In this document: one piece after another, positions 1 to 8,335 of the stretch
Layout of the letters: each line of letters begins with the position of its first letter
Position numbering within the stretch: position 1 is the stretch's first letter
Assembly (NCBI GenBank): GCA_017412705.1
Contig: JAFPWS010000013.1
Coordinates: forward strand, 1,706-65,705
Direction of reading: 5' to 3'
Length of the DNA: 64,000 nt
Source of the DNA: Prevotella sp.
GTDB lineage: Bacteria > Bacteroidota > Bacteroidia > Bacteroidales > Bacteroidaceae
Position numbers and translations under genes: made by a program
Notes under the pieces: model-generated
What the model saw: only the letters and a program-made list of their open reading frames with translations
What the model was told of the DNA's origin: nothing
Databases searched by the model: none

Positions 1-365
1 ACCAGATTGTCATACTCGCCAGCCACATTCCATATCATCTCATCTCCGATGCTATCCTCTTTCAGTCCTTCGAAGACAACATCCACTCCGACCACCCTTG
101 GCCCTTGTTCCCCGATTTCATGAAGGACATTTGCCAAATCCCGCCTCTTATGGAGTTCCGACATATCGACAATGACAATGTCGCTATTCTCCTCCGGCTC
201 ATCCGTCTCTTGCAGAATCTGATAGTACACATCCGACATCGAGAAGTTCTCTATCACTTTCGCCACAGGGTCGAGGAACCCAATGTTCAGGGCTATCCCC
301 GCCAGCACCCCAACGATGCAGAATGCCAGTATCGTAGTGATGATATGCTTGATGGTATTCGCCAT
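1..365 (-). CDS. CHASE2-domain membrane protein, runs off the window start
   Basis: Not in the ORF track. Hand translation from ATG 365: MANTIKHIITTILAFCIVGVLAGIALNIGFLDPVAKVIENFSMSDVYYQI...SDIVIVDMSELHKRRDLANVLHEIGEQGPRVVGVDVVFEG. N-terminal TM plus the CHASE2 pattern DIVIVD..R..LA..L..I...P.V.GVD..F. Start overlaps the upstream stop (TAATG). Confidence 0.75.
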   Translation of the reverse strand, partial: MANTIKHIITTILAFCIVGVLAGIALNIGFLDPVAKVIENFSMSDVYYQILQETDEPEENSDIVIVDMSELHKRRDLANVLHEIGEQGPRVVGVDVVFEGLKEDSIGDEMIWNVAGEYDNL

Positions 366-871
366 TATTTCAGTTTCATATTCCGCCAACTGCTACTTAG
401 TGTCTGTGACGGGATGACCATTGGTGTCTGTTTCTTGTTGTTGATGACTACCGACTGCCGTTTCACTTGCTTCGTGACATATTCCGTCAGTGTACCCATA
501 TCCACATTGCCACCTGTGGCTTGCAACTCTTTTAACAGATAATAGATGAGCAGACCGGTGACTACGGTGGTGATGAGCACACCCACGGTGGAAAGCATCA
601 GTCCCTGCGAGGCCACTGGCTCGATGTCGCGCCGTTTGGTGTCCATACCGCCAGAGAAGAGGATGACCGACAGCGAGAGCATGCCGATGAGCTGGGCATC
701 CTCATGGCTGTTGAACTCAAGACCCAGGCCGTCGCTGCCAAACAACATGCCCGTAAACAGGAACAACAGCAGGGTGGGCACGCCGAAGCGATAGCCCCAC
801 TTGCTGATGACGATGCTCGCAAAGATGAGCACGGCTCCCAGGAAAAAGATGTTTTCCGCTGTGAATGTCAT
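365..871 (-). pseudogene. cvrA: Chimeric ORF: first ~112 aa of K+/H+ antiporter CvrA/NhaP2 joined to the C-terminal ~56 aa of a caspase-like (C14) protein
   Basis: GVPTLLLFLFTGMLFGSDGLG and LSVILFSGGMDT are CPA1/CvrA N-terminal motifs, but the ORF is far too short for the family. After IYYL it turns hydrophilic (LKELQATGGNVDMGTLTEYVTKQVKRQSVVINNKKQTP), resembling Bacteroidota C14 C-termini. Confidence 0.7.
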
Positions 872-883
872 AACGATATTTGT

Positions 884-2227
884 TTAAAAGATGTATGTCT
901 TCTCTACCCAATAGCACAGGATGCCGGCAATATAGCCCACGAAGGCAATCCAAGAGATGTGACGCATGTACCAAGCGAAGGTGATCTTCTCCAGCCCCAT
1001 GACCACCACACCTGCAGCAGAGCCGATGATGAGCATCGAACCGCCCACACCGGCGCAATAGGCCAGCAACTGCCAGAAGATGCCGTCGACGGCCATATCA
1101 CCAGTAGGAGCCACGGGATACATACCCATGCATCCAGCCACCAGAGGCACATTGTCTACAATCGATGAGAGCACACCGATGATGCCAGTGATGAGATAGT
1201 GATTGCCGTCGAATGTCTCGTTCAGTCCTTGTCCCAGCATGGTCAGCACACCGATGGTCTCCAGACAGGCTACAGCCATCAGGATACCCAGGAAAAAGAG
1301 GATGGTAGACATGTCGATGCGCGACAGCATCTGAGAGACACGCTTCTGCATGGCTCCTTTCTCCTCAGGCTCCTTCAGGTGGGCATAGAACACTTCCGTC
1401 ACCGTCCAGAGCACGCCAAGCACGAGCAGGATGCCCACAAACGGCGGCAGATGGGTGATGCTCTTGAAGATGGGCACGAAGATGAGTCCACCAACGCCCA
1501 GAAAGAAGATGACCTTACGCTGCGTGGCCGTGAGGTCGCTGGCCTGCACGGTCTGTGCCTGCTCGGCGCTGAAGGTCAGGCTGCCCTTCAGCGTGAGCGA
1601 GAGCACATAGGCAGGTATGACCATCGAAACGATGGATGGGATGAGCAGTTCACTGATGACACCCAATGCTGTGATGACACCCTTGTTCCAGAGCATGATG
1701 GTGGTAACGTCGCCAATAGGGGAGAAGGCTCCGCCCGAATTGGCAGCAATGATGACCAGCGAGGCATAGATGATGCGGTCCTTGTGGTCGCTGACCAGTT
1801 TTCGCAGAATCATGATCATCACGATAGAGGTGGTCAGGTTGTCGAGGATGGCCGAGAGGAAGAAGGTCATGAAGGCGATGCGCCAGAGCAGGCCGCGCTT
1901 GCTGTGGGTGTGCATCACGTCGCGCACAAAGTTGAAGCCCCCGTTCTGGTCTACCAGTTCCACGATGGTCATGGCACCCACCAGGAAGAACAGCGTGGTG
2001 GAGGTAGAGCCCAGATGACGCTCGATGGCCTCGCTGACCACAGCGGTCAACTGTTTGCCAATGGCCGTCGGCAGATAGCTGTCTGGCGAAATCATGAACA
2101 GAGTCCAGGTTGCCACCAGCATCAACAAGGCAATGGCTGCCTTGTTGATTTTGGTGACGCTCTCAATGGCTATGAAGAGATAGCCGATGCAGAATACGAT
2201 GACAATCGCTAACGTCAGTGTACTCAT
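884..2227 (-). CDS. nhaD: Na+/H+ antiporter NhaD
   Basis: 447 aa polytopic protein with SAILDNLTT, ANSGGAFSPIGDVTT, SSIVDNVPLV and GGSMLIIGSAAG motifs. Confidence 0.92.
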   Translation of the reverse strand: MSTLTLAIVIVFCIGYLFIAIESVTKINKAAIALLMLVATWTLFMISPDSYLPTAIGKQLTAVVSEAIERHLGSTSTTLFFLVGAMTIVELVDQNGGFNFVRDVMHTHSKRGLLWRIAFMTFFLSAILDNLTTSIVMIMILRKLVSDHKDRIIYASLVIIAANSGGAFSPIGDVTTIMLWNKGVITALGVISELLIPSIVSMVIPAYVLSLTLKGSLTFSAEQAQTVQASDLTATQRKVIFFLGVGGLIFVPIFKSITHLPPFVGILLVLGVLWTVTEVFYAHLKEPEEKGAMQKRVSQMLSRIDMSTILFFLGILMAVACLETIGVLTMLGQGLNETFDGNHYLITGIIGVLSSIVDNVPLVAGCMGMYPVAPTGDMAVDGIFWQLLAYCAGVGGSMLIIGSAAGVVVMGLEKITFAWYMRHISWIAFVGYIAGILCYWVEKTYIF

Positions 2228-2230
2228 GGC

Positions 2231-2620
2231 TTAGAGCAGTTTGGTGAAGGGTTCTACATCCTTGCCCTCATAGAAACGTGGATCGAAGACTGGCTTATAC
2301 TGGAAGTCTCCGAAACGCAGCAACTGCACGGCACAGAACTGGCGGTCGTCGCTCAGGCAGAGTTCCAGTCGGAAGTTGCCGTTGGCACCAGTCGCGGGCT
2401 TGCCCTTCTGCTGGATGTCGGCAGCCATCTTGTCGAGCGGCATGTCTAAAAGACGCGCTACGCGCTCTCCCTCCGAGGGACTATACTCCAAGATGATGGC
2501 CTTGGCCAGACTCTGTGTAGGCGTATAGATGGCCTTGGTGGAAAACAGTGATTTCTTGATCTCGATATGCTGATATGCGGAGAGGGCAGCAGCCATCTCC
2601 AAGTTTTTGATACTTGACAT
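2231..2620 (-). CDS. Hypothetical soluble protein co-transcribed with nhaD
   Basis: 129 aa ORF with normal codon style, 3 bp from the nhaD start. Confidence 0.75.
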   Translation of the reverse strand: MSSIKNLEMAAALSAYQHIEIKKSLFSTKAIYTPTQSLAKAIILEYSPSEGERVARLLDMPLDKMAADIQQKGKPATGANGNFRLELCLSDDRQFCAVQLLRFGDFQYKPVFDPRFYEGKDVEPFTKLL

Positions 2621-2723
2621 AGTTGTTACGTTATCTATCCGGTTTTTATGGCCGGATGGTAATCTGTTTAAATAAATAATGTGAATAAAAATGCGTGTGT
2701 CCCTGTGATAACAGACAATTATG

Positions 2724-3131
2724 TCAACGAATGATGTGCCTCAGTGCGATGACGTAATAGTCGCACGAGGCCGACATGCAGAAGGGTGCCGTCTCACGGC
2801 GGCATCTGCTGTCGTAGTAGGAATAAAGGTGGGTGAGGATATGTTGCCGAACGGCAAAACTGCCAAACGGTGTAATGGTTCTTTCCGTCTTTGCGCCCTG
2901 AGTAGGTAGTACTCGCTGGGGACGGGAACTGCAGATGCGGTAAATTTGCGAGGCATCTGTCAGTGTGGCTTCCTGTTGATGCTGATGTTGTGAAGCCAGG
3001 ACGGACGATTGGCGATGCTGATAGGATTCTGTGACAGCCGCATCATTATGGTTCTGCCAGTTTAGCAAAACCGTCAAGCAAACGGCGCAAAGAGCCGTTA
3101 GTATTTTTGCAGTTATCAGAGTCCGTCTCAT
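2724..3131 (-). CDS. Signal/TM-anchored leader-like protein ending DYYVIALRHIIR
   Basis: 135 aa with hydrophobic N-terminus and polar linker. First ORF after a TACCTTTG promoter box (3140-3147, minus strand). Confidence 0.6.
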   Translation of the reverse strand: MRRTLITAKILTALCAVCLTVLLNWQNHNDAAVTESYQHRQSSVLASQHQHQQEATLTDASQIYRICSSRPQRVLPTQGAKTERTITPFGSFAVRQHILTHLYSYYDSRCRRETAPFCMSASCDYYVIALRHIIR

Positions 3132-3180
3132 TCTGGCTGCAAAGGTACTAAAATTATCTGTAATAAAAGAACTCTATCAT

Positions 3181-3218
3181 AAAAAAAGAGCAACACCCGA
3201 TTGGATGCTGCTCCTTTT
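3181..3218 (-). terminator. Intrinsic terminator after hsp20
   Basis: A-run, then GAGCA...TGCTC stem, then T-run. Confidence 0.65.
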
Positions 3219-3242
3219 GCATATGCGGTTAATCAATATCCG

Positions 3243-3674
3243 TTACGAGACCTCGATGGCTTTGGTGACCTTCTCCTTCGGCTCGGTCTTCGGCATCGTG
3301 ATGGTCAGGATGCCGTCCTCCACCTTGGCTGAGATCTGATCCTTCACCACATCGTCTGGCAGCACGTAGTTCTGCTCGTAGTTTGAATAGCTGAACTCGC
3401 GGCGCAGATAGTGACGGTGACTGTCCTCATGCTTGTGTTCCTGTTTGTTCTCAATGGCGATGGTGAGGTTGCCCTCGTCATTGATGCCTACGCGGCAATA
3501 TTCCTTCTTGATGCCAGGGGCTGCAAGCTCCATCGTGTAGGCTTTGTCACTCTCCTTGACATTGACTGCGGGTGCTGTACTATTGGCACGAGGCATGAAA
3601 GCAGTGTTAAAGAAATCATCAAACATCGTTGGGAACCATCCGTTGCTTTTCATTAATCCGTTCAACATAATCAT
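3243..3674 (-). CDS. Hsp20/alpha-crystallin small heat-shock protein
   Basis: PAVNVKE, ELAAPG, RREFSY and AKVEDGILTITMPK motifs. Confidence 0.95.
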   Translation of the reverse strand: MIMLNGLMKSNGWFPTMFDDFFNTAFMPRANSTAPAVNVKESDKAYTMELAAPGIKKEYCRVGINDEGNLTIAIENKQEHKHEDSHRHYLRREFSYSNYEQNYVLPDDVVKDQISAKVEDGILTITMPKTEPKEKVTKAIEVS

Positions 3675-3754
3675 TACCTCCTAATTATACTTTTGGTTTA
3701 ACTTATTTGTTCTTTGATTGCCTCGGCTTTCGCTTCAGCTTTCACTAACAGATA

Positions 3755-3770
3755 AGCAAAGTACATGCCT
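3755..3770 (-). promoter_or_regulatory. sigma54-type -24/-12 promoter for hsp20
   Basis: Minus strand AGGCAT-GTACT-TTGCT with exact GG-N10-GC spacing. Confidence 0.6.
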
Positions 3771-3902
3771 ATGGAACGAATCCGTGCCAGAATGACAATC
3801 GCTGAAGTCAAACTGGCACGGAATTTAAACTCGCTTAAACTATACTGACAATTTATTAAACTCGTTTAAACATTGTCATCATATTTGGATAATTGATGAT
3901 AA

Positions 3903-4826
3903 TTATAGTACTTGATGAAGGAAATCAATCATCAGTTTGGCAATCTCCGTGTGATGGCTTTCAAGTGCGAAATGTCCGCTGGGTACGAAATGGATTTCGG
4001 CATTGGGCAGGTCGCGCTTGAAAGCATTGGCTCCAGCGGGGATGAACGAAGGATCGTTCTCGCCCCAGACAGCCAACAAAGGTGGCTGATTATCGCGCAG
4101 GTATTTCTGGAACTCAGGATAGAGCGCCACATTTGAACGATAGTCGAGGATGAGGTCGTTCTGTATCTCGGCGCGGCCTGGCTGGCAGACATAATAGTAA
4201 TCGAGTGAATAGCCGTCGGGACCTACTGATCCTTCAGGGGTTCCGAAGGTGTATTGTCCGATGATGGTTTCGAGGGCATAGGCCGATGCAAACTGTTGGC
4301 GAAGTTCGTCTGTAGGATTCTTCCAATACGCCTTGCGGGCTTCCCACTTCTTGCCAAGTCCCTCTTCGTACATGTTGCCATTCTGGGAGATGATGGCGGT
4401 GATGCGCTCAGGGTGCCACATGGCCAGACGATAGCCGATAGGAGCGCCGTAGTCAAAGACATACATGGCAAACTTCGTCAGTCCGATAGCCTCGGTAAAC
4501 TTATCGACGATGCGAGCCAAATGGTCAAAGGAATAGGTAAAGCTTTCCCTGTTTGGTGACTCCGTCTGTCCAAAGGCAGGGAAATCGGGGGCAATCAGAT
4601 GATACTCGTCTGCCAACTCTGGCATCAGTTCACGGAACATGTGACTACTGCTGGGGAAACCGTGCAACAATAGAATGGTTGGTTTCTCAGGATTACCAGC
4701 CTCGCGGTAAAACACGCGGCAATCTTCGACTTGGATTTTGTTGTACTTCATTTCGTTGTTCTTAGTTTGTGCCCACATGCTGATGCAGCCCAGCAATAGG
4801 GCGAAAATTACTACTAATTGCTTCAT
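3903..4826 (-). CDS. Alpha/beta hydrolase (epoxide hydrolase/haloalkane dehalogenase-like)
   Basis: LLHGFPSS, Asp nucleophile FDYG, WGENDP and GHFALE motifs. N-terminal signal peptide. Confidence 0.92.
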   Translation of the reverse strand: MKQLVVIFALLLGCISMWAQTKNNEMKYNKIQVEDCRVFYREAGNPEKPTILLLHGFPSSSHMFRELMPELADEYHLIAPDFPAFGQTESPNRESFTYSFDHLARIVDKFTEAIGLTKFAMYVFDYGAPIGYRLAMWHPERITAIISQNGNMYEEGLGKKWEARKAYWKNPTDELRQQFASAYALETIIGQYTFGTPEGSVGPDGYSLDYYYVCQPGRAEIQNDLILDYRSNVALYPEFQKYLRDNQPPLLAVWGENDPSFIPAGANAFKRDLPNAEIHFVPSGHFALESHHTEIAKLMIDFLHQVL

Positions 4827-4924
4827 TTCGTTATCTTTTCCGCTGCAAAGTTACGACAATTCACGGAAAGTTTGTATATTTGCACCAATGATTATTTAGA
4901 TGATTATCATTGATAAAATCGATT

Positions 4925-5785
4925 ATGGAACTGAGACTGCTGAAATACTTCATCACGAGTGCCGACACGCTGAACTTCACGGAGGCAGCCCGGCAGTGCT
5001 TCATTACGCAGAGCACACTCTCGCAACAAATCAAGCAACTGGAGACAGAATTGGGCGTGCAACTCTTTGAGCGTATCGGCAAGCGGGTATTTCTGACGGA
5101 AACAGGGCGTGACTTCCTTCCATACGCCCGTCAGACCGTAGCTGATGCAGACTATGGCGTTCAGCGTATCAAGGATATGGAGGAACTTAGAACAGGACGT
5201 TTGTGCATAGGCACTACCTTTGGCTTATCTGCACTGATTACTGATGCCATCGCCCGTTTCTCCGAGCAATACCCGGAAATTCATCTTGAGGTAATGTTCT
5301 TGAAGCAAGACGAACTGATTGAGGCCGTCAGGGAACGAAAGGTGGATTTTGCACTGACGTTCGAAATGATGGAGAAAGATGATCTGCTTACGGAACAGCC
5401 TGTAAAGACCTATCACCTTTGTGCCATCGTTTCTGATCAGAATCCATTAGCTCAGCAGACCACTGTCTCACTACGCCAGTTGGCCGACTACAATATCTGT
5501 ACACCAGCCCATGGTATGAATGCCCGAAGGATGTTTGACAGTCTGACATACAAGAAAGGAATAGAGTTGCAGCCCAAGTTGGAAATCAACGAGATCCACA
5601 CGCTGCTCCATCTTGTACGCACAGGGCGATGGGTAGCCATACTTGTTGACAGCATCACCCATGGTGAGGAGGGGCTCTGTGCCGTTCCCCTTCGTGAAGC
5701 TGCCCTCCCTATGCCTGTTGTATGGCTTTACCCGAAGGATATGTATATTCGCAAGGCCATACAGGTGTTTATGGAACTTATATAG
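4925..5785 (+). CDS. LysR-family regulator (CynR-like), divergent from the hydrolase
   Basis: NFTEAARQCFITQSTLSQQIKQLETELG HTH. Probable start MELRLL at 4925. Confidence 0.93.
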   Translation: MELRLLKYFITSADTLNFTEAARQCFITQSTLSQQIKQLETELGVQLFERIGKRVFLTETGRDFLPYARQTVADADYGVQRIKDMEELRTGRLCIGTTFGLSALITDAIARFSEQYPEIHLEVMFLKQDELIEAVRERKVDFALTFEMMEKDDLLTEQPVKTYHLCAIVSDQNPLAQQTTVSLRQLADYNICTPAHGMNARRMFDSLTYKKGIELQPKLEINEIHTLLHLVRTGRWVAILVDSITHGEEGLCAVPLREAALPMPVVWLYPKDMYIRKAIQVFMELI

Positions 5786-5794
5786 AGTCAGGAT

Positions 5795-6062
5795 TCAACT
5801 TAATTCTTTTCCAAAAGGTGAAAGAGCCAGCTTTGCCAGCCGGAAGTGCATCTTTCCGAATGGTATGCCGATGATGGTGATGCAGAATATGAGACCGTAG
5901 AAGATGTGGGTGAGCCATATCCAGATGCCGCCAACGAAGAACCACAGCACATTCATGAAGATGCTCAGACAGCCTGGTTGAGATGGCTTCCATTTCACCT
6001 TCGTGCCGAACGGCCAGATGGCCAGCATACCTAATTTCATGCTCTGCAAGCCGAAGGGGATT
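5795..6062 (-). pseudogene. 5'-truncated YccF-domain inner-membrane protein
   Basis: IPFGLQ..KL...IWPFG and NVLWFFVGG...CITIIGIPFGKMHFRLAKLALSPFG repeat motifs. The N-terminal third and the start are missing. Confidence 0.8.
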
Positions 6063-6220
6063 AAAACTTGTGTTATGGAGTGTTTCCCATATTCCGAGGA
6101 ACTCCAATGCATTGCGATTGCGCATCCAATTACCAATCACGCCATTGGGGTCACTTCTGTTTTTCTGCCTGGCAATTCCGTGATACAAACATAATCAATG
6201 CCGTCCTTTGTCATAGTAAT
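6053..6220 (-). pseudogene. KilA-N domain fragment, frameshifted
   Basis: DGIDYVCIT in one frame, then IARQKNRSDPNGVIGNWMRNRNALEFLGIWETLHNTSFNPL in the next, consistent with a 1-nt loss near 6177. Confidence 0.75.
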
Positions 6221-6364
6221 AAAGGACGGGGCGGAGACCGTCAGAGGACGGGGCGCTGCCAGATTGCGGACGGTTTGCGACACGGCACTGCCCGGCTCAA
6301 GAATGCCTTCATCGGGGTTCAAATTTGTCAAACTGCTCAGCGAAAATCTTCACATGAAATCATG

Positions 6365-6715
6365 AAATCGTCCTTCATCCTTCACTTTTTTAGGTTAAAA
6401 GATTGTATTACAATTGTTTAAACCAACTATCATCCTTCATTTATCCTTCACTTTTCTTTCACTTTTCCTTCACTTATCCTTCACTTTCATGCCGAGAAAG
6501 CATGATTTACATGCCGACAAAGCACCAGTTACATGCCGAGTAAAGGGTGCTCAGTCGTAATGTAACTACCCTTCAGGTGCCATCAAAGCAAAAAGTGAAG
6601 GATAAGTGAAGGAAAAGTGAAAGAAAAGTGAAAGATAGACGGTTCTTTTAAAGTCATTTAACACTTTATGGCACAATAAGTTAGCTTTCTTGGAGTGAAG
6701 GATGAAGGACGATTT
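6365..6715. repeat. Nested inverted-repeat element (MITE-like)
   Basis: Perfect 22-bp IR at 6365-6386/6694-6715 and perfect 41-bp IR at 6447-6487/6592-6632 built from 11-bp units. Three 22-bp-spaced CATGCCGA units inside. Confidence 0.9.
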
Positions 6716-6948
6716 TAAGATTTTCATGTCTCATGATTATTTTTCGATTGACTGTATGAGCATCACAGAACCTGTCACCACGACAACATCCTTTGATGCT
6801 GATCGGATGATGGAAGGAGAACTGTTCAAATAAAAAGACAAGTCTTTATGCGTGCATCTTTTAAATAATCTGTGTTTTTTGCAACAAATCGCAATAATCT
6901 CAAAAAGATTTCGTAATTCTGTAGCGATAGTATCCAAAGCAGTATGAT

Positions 6949-7416
6949 ATGGGCGACATAATCAGAATTACACGAAAGGGAGCCGAGAAGGTGACACGAC
7001 ACGATGCGGAGAACTTGGAGCACCTGAAGTCCCTTGCAGTAATACCAGAACTTATCAAGCAATCCATTTTCATCAAAGAAGAAGCTAACGAGAAAGACAA
7101 GAACGAATACGACAGTTTTCGCTATTACGTTGTGGGGCTGTGTATGGCTGGTGTGGACTATACGGTGAAGCTTGTCATTGGCGTAAAGAATGGGTTAACC
7201 TACTACGACCATGCGGTCACACCAGTTGAGAAACATAAACTCCTCAGAAGTATTGACGAGATAAAGCGCCCGTTTGCTTCCAAGAAGAGTCTAAATGACG
7301 GAGAACAAGCCTCCGATATTCTTTCTAAGTGCAAAGATAGTGCAACGCGTGTAGAGTCAAGCTTGCTTGAACTATGCCGAGTGCAGCCTATCTTCGCCAT
7401 TTTATGGCAAGGATAA
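6949..7416 (+). CDS. LPD3-like (BECR-fold, polyvalent-protein-associated) putative nuclease with an altered C-terminus
   Basis: HLKSLAVIPELIKQS..., YYVVGL...DYTVKLVIG and YYDH.VT.VEK pattern recalled for LPD3. The last ~24 aa derive from an inserted repeat. Confidence 0.65.
   Translation: MGDIIRITRKGAEKVTRHDAENLEHLKSLAVIPELIKQSIFIKEEANEKDKNEYDSFRYYVVGLCMAGVDYTVKLVIGVKNGLTYYDHAVTPVEKHKLLRSIDEIKRPFASKKSLNDGEQASDILSKCKDSATRVESSLLELCRVQPIFAILWQG
7331..7415. mobile_element. 76-bp palindromic insertion with ~9-bp flanking duplication
   Basis: GCAAAGATA (7331-7339) and GCAAGGATA (7407-7415) flank a hairpin core with AAGATAG...CTATCTT arms. Confidence 0.7.
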
Positions 7417-7513
7417 GCGTTTAATTTCAATTCTCCAAGTATTTTGACGATTATTTTTTGTTTTTTATCAAAATAAGGTGTCATATTCCGATTTTTTTTG
7501 TACTTTTGCAACT

Positions 7514-7683
7514 GCATCTGCCCGATGTGGCTGGGATCTCATCTGAGGATGACGGAAAGCTGCGTGTAAGCGAGCGCATACGAAAGATATCTTTTTGCGT
7601 GCCGAGCGAAAGCAGGCTCGACCGAAGGTCAACCGAGGGGCGGAGCACTACATATTGAAAGGCGTTACTGGCGCTTTGTTTTT
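7514..7683 (+). ncRNA. Candidate structured small RNA, interrupted by a palindromic insert
   Basis: TACTTTTG -7 box at 7501-7508, closing stem GCATCTGCCC (7514-7523)/GGGCGGAGC (7638-7646), internal hairpin TCATC-TGAG-GATGA, terminator-like stem plus T-run at 7658-7683. No credible ORF. Confidence 0.45.
7556..7632. repeat. Second copy of the palindromic element family
   Basis: TAAGCGAGCGCA...TGCCGAGCG core followed by TCGACCGAAGGTCAA. Confidence 0.75.
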
Positions 7684-8134
7684 GGTTCTTCGAAACTACC
7701 ACAATCGATTAACGGTCAAAAACAAAAGTAGAGGTAACTCCACGGGGTGTAGTATATACTCTCCGTAGTGTGCTGCACTTTCGGGAATTTATTTGTATCT
7801 TATTGATTATCATATAAAACCATTTTGCAAAGATGTGTCTGAGTAACAAATTGGTAACAGAAAATTCATTTATGTTACTCACTGGTGATTTGGCAAACAA
7901 GTAAGCTTGAAGATAATTCTGATGACATGCTATGTTGGCATAATCTTCATTAGAACAGAGCCTATGCGTTTCAATTCACGATACAAAGATAGCAATTATT
8001 CTTGATTATTCTGCTGTATCTATAGCAAATGTAATGTTTTACCGCGAAAATTATGTTAAACACGTTCGGTTTTATGAATAATTAGCATTTTTTTTGTACC
8101 TTTGCACCCACAATTAATAATAGGAGGCAAGAAC

Positions 8135-8335
8135 ATGGCATTGGCAATTTCACACGTACCCGTCCTGACGGGTGAGGTGGCTGAGCGTTTCGAGCGCGAG
8201 GCCGAATACAACGAGAAGTACATGCGCGGCTCCCAGTACAATCCCGAGGCCTTCGAGATGGTGCGCCGCGTGGAAGAGAATACCCGCAAGATGTACGAAC
8301 AACTGGCAGAACGACGTAAGAACGAGGGCAAATGA
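8135..8335 (+). CDS. Small putative antitoxin
   Basis: 66 aa MALAISHVPVLTGEVAERF..., overlaps the GNAT start (ATGA). TACCTTTG promoter at 8097-8104. Confidence 0.65.
   Translation: MALAISHVPVLTGEVAERFEREAEYNEKYMRGSQYNPEAFEMVRRVEENTRKMYEQLAERRKNEGK

Noticed and set aside
6488-6545. CATGCCGA repeats as a CRISPR array
   Set aside because: The period is only 22 bp, there are no spacer-length unique segments, and no cas genes are present.
6760-6832. Possible gene 3' remnant (...FDADRMMEGELFK*)
   Set aside because: Too short to assign to a family.
7540-7560. Hammerhead ribozyme core (CTGAGGATGA...GAAA)
   Set aside because: Does not match the CUGANGA core with the required stems. Kept only as a generic structured-RNA candidate.
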